From Candidatus Undinarchaeota archaeon (GTDB lineage Archaea > Undinarchaeota > Undinarchaeia > Undinarchaeales > UBA543), in contig CAZMMZ010000010.1 of assembly GCA_964567575.1 (NCBI GenBank), positions 1-38,839 on the forward strand: 38,839 nt of DNA. Direction: 5' to 3'. The notes beneath the pieces are model-generated. The model saw only the letters and a program-made list of their open reading frames with translations. It had not been told where the DNA came from and did not search any database. How positions within the stretch are numbered: the first letter of the stretch is position 1; each line of letters opens with the position of its first letter. Position numbers and translations under genes: made by a program. This document shows, one piece after another, positions 8,117 through 15,613 of the stretch.

Positions 8117-9735
8117 CCCTCATGCGCAAGCATTTCGGAAACTTCTTTGTAATCACCGAAATCGTGAATCTCACTCCATCCTTTATTTATTTCAAGTGAA
8201 TTAACTGTCTCACCGTTGTCAATAAGTTTCTGAATTGCAGAAGCCAAACCCATTTTCTTATCTCCAGAATCTTTGTAGACTTGCATGAGCTTCCCCATAC
8301 CGGTTTTTGAGAACAAGGATATTCCAATGAATTCATAATTTGCTTTTTCCCTGTCAAGACCTTTTCCAAGATTCAAAATTTTATTTGTGCGATTAACACT
8401 AACTACTCGGTCACCATTTAATGGTGGTTTTTCGGCAATAACCAATTCAATATCTGAACGCTCTTCTGTTTTTCTAATTGATCGGTCAACCACAATAGTA
8501 ATGTCATCTTCAGTTTTGAGAAGTTTCTCCAAAATTTCATTATCGAAAATAATATCAGCAAAAAGTATGAGATTCTTGTTTGAGTAATTGTCACCAGCTT
8601 TTTCAATTGAATCCATTATGTGGCCTTGCTCATAATTTTCATTTACAATTAAATTAATATCATCAGCAACAATGTGCTCAGCTTTGTAACCGCCAACAAC
8701 AGTGATGTCATCAACACCACAGCGCTTCAATGATTCAACACTTCTTTGCAAAATTGATTTTCCATTAACATCTAACATAGTAAGTGGTCGGTCTTCAAGA
8801 AGTTCTTTCAAAGTTGGTTCAATACTTCTATCACCAGCTGCAGGGATAATTGCTTTAATTGGTTCGTTTGTTCTAACAAATTTATCCTGATCTTCTTTGA
8901 ATTTATCCATTTCCTGTAATGCAAAGAGGTCTTGCACGCTAGCGATTTTAGGTTCAATATTAGCAAGTCCGTTTTCTTTTATTTCTGCAAGAGTTTCATT
9001 AACATGTTTTACAATTGTTCGAATTCCTTGATTAGCATAAATAACAAGTTTCACACCATATTGTTTCATCTGCTCTTCTGTGAACGTTGGATAATTTGTT
9101 GGAACCAGAACAACTGGTTTGTAATTGTCCCAAGCTTTTAGGAAATCTTCAATTTCTTTTGGATCTGATTTCTTTGAATGAATAAAAATTGCATCTGCAC
9201 CAGCATCTGCATAAGCTCTTGCTCTTTTGAGTGCTTCTTCCTGGCCCCAGCCAGCAATCAACGCTTCAACACGAGCAATAACCATAAACTCTTCTGTTTC
9301 CTGTGCATTCTTTGCAGCCATTATCTTTCCAACGAATTCTGCAATTGGTGCAAGTTCTTGTTTCCCGCCTTCAAGCAAACTATTTGCTTTTGGGAATTTC
9401 TTATCTTCAATACAAACTGCAGAAATTCCAGCATCTTCAAATTTGCGAACCATTCTGATTACATTCATTGAATTGCCGTATCCAGTATCACAGTCTACAA
9501 CAACAGGAACTGTTGTTGAATCATTCATTGAAACTGCAGCTGCAAGATGATCAGACATTGTTAGAATATTAGCATCAGGAACTGCATGAGAAGCAGAAAT
9601 TTCTAAACCAGAAGCCCAAACACCATCAAAACCATTAAGCTCTACAAGTTTTGCAGTTAACCCATTGTGAGCTCCAACGATCCGTACCAGATCTTTCTTT
9701 TCAAAAAGTTCACGAAGTTTTTCTGCTTTTCTCAT
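8113..9735 (-). CDS. pepM: Phosphoenolpyruvate mutase fused to a C-terminal nucleotidyltransferase (NTP_transf/LicC-like) domain
   Basis: GAHNGLTA, GVWASG, DCDTGYG, and the diagnostic EDKx5NS motif (EDKKFPKANS) that separates PepM from isocitrate-lyase-family paralogues. From about residue 292: KAIIPAAG...ILQRSVESL...VVGGYK...LFADIIF...EIH. Confidence 0.95.
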   Translation of the reverse strand: MRKAEKLRELFEKKDLVRIVGAHNGLTAKLVELNGFDGVWASGLEISASHAVPDANILTMSDHLAAAVSMNDSTTVPVVVDCDTGYGNSMNVIRMVRKFEDAGISAVCIEDKKFPKANSLLEGGKQELAPIAEFVGKIMAAKNAQETEEFMVIARVEALIAGWGQEEALKRARAYADAGADAIFIHSKKSDPKEIEDFLKAWDNYKPVVLVPTNYPTFTEEQMKQYGVKLVIYANQGIRTIVKHVNETLAEIKENGLANIEPKIASVQDLFALQEMDKFKEDQDKFVRTNEPIKAIIPAAGDRSIEPTLKELLEDRPLTMLDVNGKSILQRSVESLKRCGVDDITVVGGYKAEHIVADDINLIVNENYEQGHIMDSIEKAGDNYSNKNLILFADIIFDNEILEKLLKTEDDITIVVDRSIRKTEERSDIELVIAEKPPLNGDRVVSVNRTNKILNLGKGLDREKANYEFIGISLFSKTGMGKLMQVYKDSGDKKMGLASAIQKLIDNGETVNSLEINKGWSEIHDFGDYKEVSEMLAHEG

Positions 9736-9773
9736 TTTAGTAAATTTAAAGTCCTGATTTCATATTAAAAGAG

Positions 9774-10322
9774 TTATGAAAGGTATTTTCTCATACGTTC
9801 TGTGATTTCCTCTGGAGAAACTTGAACTCTGCCAACTTCTCGCTTGCCTGCTTCAACCATTACGCGGATGAACACAGGTCCTGTGTATTCACTAACTAGA
9901 GCTGATTCAAGTTCTTCAATAGTTTCTGCTTTAACTGTGGTTGTATAACCAGCAGCCTTCGCCACATTCTCAAGCTCGATTGTTGGCGATACTGTTTTCT
10001 GCGAACCAGTTGATTCGTAAACACCATTATCAATTACAATATGAATAAAATTTTCTGGTTTTAGATTTCCAATTGTTGCAAGCGCTCCCATGTTCATTAA
10101 AACATTTCCATCGCCATCAAGAACTACAACTTTCTTTTTTGAATTCAATGCAATTCCTGCGCCAATTGATGGAGCCATACCCATTGATCCAATCATGTAA
10201 AAGTTTCTTTCTGAATCTCCAGTGTCGTGAAGCTCACGACTGATGAAACCATTTGCTGAGATAACAACTTCATCTCCTTTCAAAAGAGATATGATTTTTG
10301 AAACAGCTTCTTGTGTTTTCAT
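9774..10322 (-). CDS. Phosphonopyruvate decarboxylase beta (ThDP-binding) subunit, ComE-like
   Basis: NFYMIGSMGMAPSIG, ThDP motif DGDGNVLM...IDNG, YESTGSQ. Adjacent to pepM. Confidence 0.88.
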   Translation of the reverse strand: MKTQEAVSKIISLLKGDEVVISANGFISRELHDTGDSERNFYMIGSMGMAPSIGAGIALNSKKKVVVLDGDGNVLMNMGALATIGNLKPENFIHIVIDNGVYESTGSQKTVSPTIELENVAKAAGYTTTVKAETIEELESALVSEYTGPVFIRVMVEAGKREVGRVQVSPEEITERMRKYLS

Positions 10323-10798
10323 TCTAAAGACCCCTTCTTGAAAATCAAGGCAACTGGCTTTCCAGTTTCCTCAAGTTCTGTTGTTGCTTTGTCAACATCC
10401 CCAAGTGAGTCGAATATGAAATATGGAACCCCAATTGAATCAAGGAGTTTTGTCATTGACTCGCCCATGACCCAATGCTCTGGAGCATCTTCTTTTGTTT
10501 CTCCGCGCCAACTGATTAACATCAAGATTGGAATTTTGTAAAGCAAGTCAAGTGAAGAAAGAATATTAATTGAATTTCCAAGCCCAGAGTTTTGCATAAC
10601 CATTACTGGCTTTTTACCAGCAAGCTGCGCCCCTGTGCAAAATCCCAGTGCTTCATCCTCGCGAGTGTTTGCAATGTATTTGAAATCTTCTTGTTCTAAT
10701 TTCCTAATTAGAGTTTTGAATATAGAGCACGGTACTCCCGTGTAAAAATTAAATCCTTTTTCTGTAAGCTTAGCGAGAAACTCGCCTGTGTCTACCAT
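10319..10798 (-). CDS. Phosphonopyruvate decarboxylase alpha subunit, ComD-like
   Basis: FYTGVPCSIF, NTREDEALG, MQNSGLGNSIN, LISWRG...DAPEHWVMG. Confidence 0.88.
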   Translation of the reverse strand: MVDTGEFLAKLTEKGFNFYTGVPCSIFKTLIRKLEQEDFKYIANTREDEALGFCTGAQLAGKKPVMVMQNSGLGNSINILSSLDLLYKIPILMLISWRGETKEDAPEHWVMGESMTKLLDSIGVPYFIFDSLGDVDKATTELEETGKPVALIFKKGSLE

Positions 10799-10824
10799 TG
10801 TAAGAAAACTGTTTTGAAAACTGG

Positions 10825-10863
10825 TTATTAAGCTTATGATATAGTATTCATAACCTTAAAATA
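10825..10863. promoter_or_regulatory. Divergent promoter of the phosphonate genes
   Basis: TTATTAAG at 10825-10832 (CTTAATAA on minus) is 26 nt before ATG 10798. ATAAC-CTTAAAATA ending at 10863 is 23 nt before ATG 10887. Confidence 0.55.
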
Positions 10864-10886
10864 CCCAACTCAAACACCTTCTTTTT

Positions 10887-11843
10887 ATGGAACTGTTATT
10901 GCCGAAGCACATTATATTCGAACGAGGTGCACTTAGCAAATTACCAGACTTTGTGAGCGAAGGCAAGACACTTCTAATTACTTCTAAAGGAATGCTGACC
11001 CGATGGCCAGTAGACAAGATCAAAGAGCTCATTAAAGATATTGAAATTTTTTCAGATGTAGAGCCAGAACCAAGTATGGAAACTGTTGAGAAAGCAAAAG
11101 CAATTGGTGCTGACACAGTTATTGGATTAGGTGGTGGTTCAGTTCTTGATGTTGCAAAATATGTTGCAATGGAACTCAATGCAAAGAAAATTATGATTCC
11201 AACAACTGCAGGAACTGGAAGCGAAGTAACTCATGAATCTGTTTTGAAAATTGATGGAAAAAAGAAAGGAATCAAAAATGAGAAACTTTTATCAGATGTT
11301 GCAATTGTAGATCCTGAGCTTAGCTTGACAATGCCTGAGAAACTAACAGCATGCACTGGTATTGATGCGCTCGCTCATGCAGTTGAATGTTACGAATCAA
11401 AGAAAAGTAATATCATGATAAAATTCCTTGCAAAAGAAGCAATTGACATAATCAAATTAAATCTTAAGAAAGCTATTAGCGGAGATGAGCAAGCTCGCGA
11501 GCAAATGGCTTACGCAAGTATGGTAGCTGGAATGGCTTTTGGAAATTCAGGAACTGCACTCGGGCATGCACTTTCTTATCCACTTTCAAATCAAGGAATT
11601 CCACACGGCGAAGCAGTTGCAATTGTTTTACCTTATGCTCTTGACTTTAATGGAACAGATCCTGAACTTTCACAACAAATTAAAACTATAATTAAAGAAA
11701 CTGGATTGGGAGATGTGAAAATTAAAGGAACACCTGAAGAACTTGCAGAAGTTGTATTCCCAGACAAGAGGCATCTTGATAATAATCCAAAAGAAGTTAC
11801 AAAAAAAGATCTTGTTAAAATCTTCACAGAGATATTAAAATGA
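10887..11843 (+). CDS. Iron-containing (group III) alcohol dehydrogenase, probable phosphonoacetaldehyde reductase
   Basis: GLGGGSVLDVAK, IPTTAGTGSEVT, metal ligands DALAH, GHALSY, PHGEA. Divergent from ppd/pepM. The specific function is inferred from context (PhpC/FomC-type). Confidence 0.8.
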   Translation: MELLLPKHIIFERGALSKLPDFVSEGKTLLITSKGMLTRWPVDKIKELIKDIEIFSDVEPEPSMETVEKAKAIGADTVIGLGGGSVLDVAKYVAMELNAKKIMIPTTAGTGSEVTHESVLKIDGKKKGIKNEKLLSDVAIVDPELSLTMPEKLTACTGIDALAHAVECYESKKSNIMIKFLAKEAIDIIKLNLKKAISGDEQAREQMAYASMVAGMAFGNSGTALGHALSYPLSNQGIPHGEAVAIVLPYALDFNGTDPELSQQIKTIIKETGLGDVKIKGTPEELAEVVFPDKRHLDNNPKEVTKKDLVKIFTEILK

Positions 11844-12577
11844 AAGCAGTAATTGTTGCAGCAGGAAAAGGAACTCGGCTTTATGGTAATGATGCTGAAA
11901 TCCCAAAATGCCTTACTGAAATTGCTGATGGAAAAACTCTTCTTGATTTAATGATTGCCAGTTTGAACAAGCACGGAATCACAGACATTGCAATTGTCAC
12001 AGGATGGAAAAAAGAAATGATTCAAGAAAAACTTGGAGATTCTGTAAAATACTTTTTCAATCCTTTTTACAAAACAACAAACAACATGGCTTCCTTCTGG
12101 TTTGCAACAGAATTTGTTGATGGTTCTGACTTTCTTTATTTGCATGCAGATTTGCTTTATGATGATGAACTAATCAAGAAAGCTATGGAAAGTGAAGGAG
12201 ACATTAATCTGCTTACAGACAAAGATGATTTCAATGAAGAAGCAATGAAAGTGAGATTAGATGAGCAAGGAAATTTAATTGAATCCAGTAAAGCAATCCC
12301 TCTTGATGAAGCACATGGAGAATGGACAGGAATTATAAAATTCACTGCAAATGGTTGGAATAATTTACTTCCGGAAATAGAAACTCTGCTTTTTGAAGGA
12401 AAATTCATGGACTACGACACTTCAGCTTTGACAAATCTTGCTGAAAAGAAATTCCCAATCAAAATCACAAGCACTGAAAAACTGCCTTGGATTGAAATTG
12501 ACTTCCCAGAAGACCTTGAAAGAGCGAAGAATAAAATTTATAAAACCCTAATAGGAGATAAACAAGACAATGGCTAA
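11840..12577 (+). CDS. Cytidylyltransferase of the LicC/PntC/IPCT type (NTP_transf family)
   Basis: KAVIVAAGKGTRL, IPKCL, VTGWK, YKTTNNMASFW, YLHADLLYD, EWTGIIKF, WIEIDFPEDLERA. Confidence 0.85.
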   Translation: MKAVIVAAGKGTRLYGNDAEIPKCLTEIADGKTLLDLMIASLNKHGITDIAIVTGWKKEMIQEKLGDSVKYFFNPFYKTTNNMASFWFATEFVDGSDFLYLHADLLYDDELIKKAMESEGDINLLTDKDDFNEEAMKVRLDEQGNLIESSKAIPLDEAHGEWTGIIKFTANGWNNLLPEIETLLFEGKFMDYDTSALTNLAEKKFPIKITSTEKLPWIEIDFPEDLERAKNKIYKTLIGDKQDNG

Positions 12578-14069
12578 GATCTTACTTGTATATGCAAACA
12601 GTTTTATGGATAATTTAATACCGACTGGACTGTCTATCTTATCTGCTTGTTTGAAAAAAGCCGGACATAACACTAAACTTTTTGATACAACTTTTTACAA
12701 AACAGTAGAGCGCACAGGAGATGACGCCAGAATCGAGACCCTGCAAGTCAAAAGCACAAACTTGGGAGAGTATGGTCTTAATGAAAAAAAGACCAACATG
12801 GTTGATGATTTGAAAAAAATGGTTGACGAGTATCAACCAGACCTTATTGGATTATCAATTGTTGAAACAACACAAGAAATTGGATTGAAACTTCTCAATG
12901 GTATAAAAGATTATGATATTCCAAAAATTGTTGGAGGTGTCCAAGTAACAATGGCACCAGATTATATTATTTCACAAGATTGTGTTGACATGATTTGTGT
13001 GGGAGAGGGGGAAGGAGCATTTGTTGAACTCGCAAATGCAATTGAAAAGAAAGAAGATTACACTCATATCAAAAATTTATGGATTAAAAAAGATGGTCAA
13101 ATAATAAAGAACCCACTTAGACCATTAATTGATCTTAACACAGTACCAATGCAGGATTGGACAATTTACGAGGAAAAAAGATTATACAAAGCATTTGGTG
13201 GAAAGCACTGGGTCAGTGGACCAATTGAATTGAATCGGGGATGTGTTCACAGATGCGCTTATTGCTGCAATGCAAAACTTCAAGACTTGCACAAAGGAGA
13301 TAGATTCTATGCAAGAGAAAGAAGTTTGGATAAATTCTTTGAAGAATTAAAATATAGAGTGGACAAATATGGGTTGCAATATCCTTATTTTATTGCTGAG
13401 AATTTCATGCAGGGTGGCCCTGCAAGATTTGAAGAATTCTGCAAGAGATACAAAGAATTTAAATTACCATTTTGGTCACAGATGCGAGTTGAAACAATGA
13501 ACGATGATGTGGCTCGCAAATTAAAAGAAATTGGATGTGAAAGATTAAGCATGGGAGTAGAACATGGGAATTATGAATTTAGAAAAGAAGTGCTTAATAG
13601 AAATATCACAGATGAAACAATAATTAAAGCATTCAAATCCGTGAAAGACGCGGGCTTACTGGTTTTCGCAAATAATATTGTTGGTTTCCCTGGAGAAACC
13701 AGAGAACTTTATTTTGATACTGTTGAATTGAACAGAAAACTTGGAGTTAAAAGCATCATAAATGTTTTCTGTGCATACAGAGGAACACATCTACGAGATG
13801 TTGCAGTTGAGAGAGAATACATGGACAAGGACGCTGTGGCAGGAGATTACAGACGGGATGTTAAATTAAACATGCCGCATCTTACTGCAAAGCAGGTTGA
13901 AGGTTTGCAAAGAACCTTTTTACTTTATGTTAATCTTCCGAGAGAGTATTGGCCAGAGATTGAAAAAGCAGAAAAATTCGACGAAGAAGGAAATGCAACT
14001 TTCCAAAAATTAGCAAAACTGTATTTTGAAAAGTACGAACCAGGAGTTAAAAATGTCGAACAAAACTAA
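12570..14069 (+). CDS. Cobalamin-binding radical SAM protein (class B methyltransferase-like)
   Basis: N-terminal B12-binding-type segment (PTGLSILSACLKKAGH, PDLIGLS, IVGG), RGCVHRCAYC (CxxxCxxC), MGVEHG, NIVGFPGET. Confidence 0.88.
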   Translation: MAKILLVYANSFMDNLIPTGLSILSACLKKAGHNTKLFDTTFYKTVERTGDDARIETLQVKSTNLGEYGLNEKKTNMVDDLKKMVDEYQPDLIGLSIVETTQEIGLKLLNGIKDYDIPKIVGGVQVTMAPDYIISQDCVDMICVGEGEGAFVELANAIEKKEDYTHIKNLWIKKDGQIIKNPLRPLIDLNTVPMQDWTIYEEKRLYKAFGGKHWVSGPIELNRGCVHRCAYCCNAKLQDLHKGDRFYARERSLDKFFEELKYRVDKYGLQYPYFIAENFMQGGPARFEEFCKRYKEFKLPFWSQMRVETMNDDVARKLKEIGCERLSMGVEHGNYEFRKEVLNRNITDETIIKAFKSVKDAGLLVFANNIVGFPGETRELYFDTVELNRKLGVKSIINVFCAYRGTHLRDVAVEREYMDKDAVAGDYRRDVKLNMPHLTAKQVEGLQRTFLLYVNLPREYWPEIEKAEKFDEEGNATFQKLAKLYFEKYEPGVKNVEQN

Positions 14070-14787
14070 AAAGAAAAAGAAAATTGTAATACCCGATAAA
14101 GTGGGAGATCAAGTTATTGCACATGCTATCCATAGAAAATTATCTAATAGGATAACACGGATACTGTATCATACACCAATAACACCAAATCAGGTTTCCT
14201 GGATTGGATTTATTTTATGCGCATTCGCAGCACTAATGTTTGCTTTCGGGAATTACACCTGGCTCGTTATTGGTGCCTTTGTTCTAGAACTAGGAAATAT
14301 TTTTGACATGGTTGACGGGGATTTAGCAAGAGCCAAAAAAATGTTTTCAACATATGGTCACTGGCTAGATAGTACTTTAGATGCTATTTTGGATTTTGGA
14401 ATAATCATTGCAGTAACTTATTCTGTTTGGAGAGCACGACCAGAAATGCACGTATGGTTGCTTGGAATGTTTGCAACATACTTCTTAATAGAATTCTTCA
14501 TTATGTCAAGATTTTTCATTTTGCCATATGATTTACCACATAAAGAATTCAAAAAATCATTTGGGAAAATTGGAAAAAGTAAATTTTACAATCTTTTGTA
14601 TTATACAAGACAATATCACATTAACCTGATTGCAATATTCGCAATCCTGAATCAGTTTTACATATTGCTTTGGTGCTGGGCAATCATAGGAAACCTCTAT
14701 TGGGTGGCCTATACCATCTGGCAACACAAAACAATGAGAAAAGTATTTAAAGTAAAAGAGGGGAAAGGTAAAAATCATGGCAACTAA
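14053..14787 (+). CDS. CDP-alcohol phosphotransferase family membrane protein
   Basis: ITPNQVS and the full signature DMVDGDLAR-x8-G-HWL-D-STL-D, with several hydrophobic helices. Likely start is ATG 14053. Confidence 0.9.
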   Translation: MSNKTKKKKKIVIPDKVGDQVIAHAIHRKLSNRITRILYHTPITPNQVSWIGFILCAFAALMFAFGNYTWLVIGAFVLELGNIFDMVDGDLARAKKMFSTYGHWLDSTLDAILDFGIIIAVTYSVWRARPEMHVWLLGMFATYFLIEFFIMSRFFILPYDLPHKEFKKSFGKIGKSKFYNLLYYTRQYHINLIAIFAILNQFYILLWCWAIIGNLYWVAYTIWQHKTMRKVFKVKEGKGKNHGN

Positions 14788-15598
14788 AAACGAATTATGG
14801 GACACTGAAACACATGCAGATTCATTAGATTATGAAAGTAAGCAAAAGAAAAGTCGAATAAGAAATCGACCTTTGACACAAATTCTGTTTAATCTTTACA
14901 AACCAGGAGATAAAATTCTAGATGGTGGATGTGCAACTGGTGGATACTATATGGTATTAAATGAACAGTTCCCAGGAATAGATTATAGTGGAATTGATTT
15001 GACACCTGCAATGATCAGTAGAGCAACAAAGAATTATCCTGGTGGAAAATTTAAGATATGTAGTATTGCAGAGATAACCTATGAAGATAATACTTTTGAT
15101 ACTGTTTTTAGTAGCGATGTGAGAATGCATTTGAATCAAGAAAATTGCGATAAAAGTTTAACAGAATTATACAGAGTATCTAAAAAGAATCTTGTATTAA
15201 CAACTAGATTAAAAGAAAAGGGAGAAGAAATAGTTGACATAACAAGATCCTATCAAACACAGGAAAGTGGTCACGTAGAATATAATTTGTTCCTTTTGTC
15301 AAAATATATTCAGGACATCAAAAATCTAAAACCAACACCAAAGAAAATAACAATTGTTGGAGAATATAATGTTCCGCATTATGATGTTACTCTACCAAAC
15401 AATGAGAAAAATTATATTCGCGCAGATGTTACAATAGAAAAAGGCGATGGTAGCACAACAGAAACTGTAGTAGACATACAAATAAAAAATAAATTCTTTT
15501 CATTATTGAATGAACAAAGTAAAATTTTCGTAGTGAAGGTATTAAGAAAACTTGGACTGAAACCAACACCACAGAAAATGAAGAAAGAATTGGGGTAG
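14777..15598 (+). CDS. Class I SAM-dependent methyltransferase
   Basis: Motif I KILDGGCATG, YSGIDLTPAMI, YEDNTFDTVFS. Confidence 0.85.
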   Translation: MATKNELWDTETHADSLDYESKQKKSRIRNRPLTQILFNLYKPGDKILDGGCATGGYYMVLNEQFPGIDYSGIDLTPAMISRATKNYPGGKFKICSIAEITYEDNTFDTVFSSDVRMHLNQENCDKSLTELYRVSKKNLVLTTRLKEKGEEIVDITRSYQTQESGHVEYNLFLLSKYIQDIKNLKPTPKKITIVGEYNVPHYDVTLPNNEKNYIRADVTIEKGDGSTTETVVDIQIKNKFFSLLNEQSKIFVVKVLRKLGLKPTPQKMKKELG

Positions 15599-15613
15599 GA
15601 AGATGAGTAGCGA

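Noticed and set aside
9774-10798. Coenzyme M biosynthesis (sulfopyruvate decarboxylase ComDE)
   Set aside because: The genes adjoin a PepM with the EDKx5NS motif, and no comA/comB/comC is in the window, so phosphonopyruvate decarboxylase fits better.
10834-10853. Inverted repeat TTATGA-N8-TCATAA in the phosphonate divergent promoter
   Set aside because: It largely coincides with the upstream flanks of the two back-to-back TATA elements, so symmetry is expected. A regulator site is possible but unsupported.
8113-15598. A secreted phosphonate antibiotic (fosfomycin) cluster
   Set aside because: No recognisable epoxidase, FomD hydrolase, FomA/FomB resistance kinases or exporter. The downstream genes are membrane or glycan transfer enzymes.
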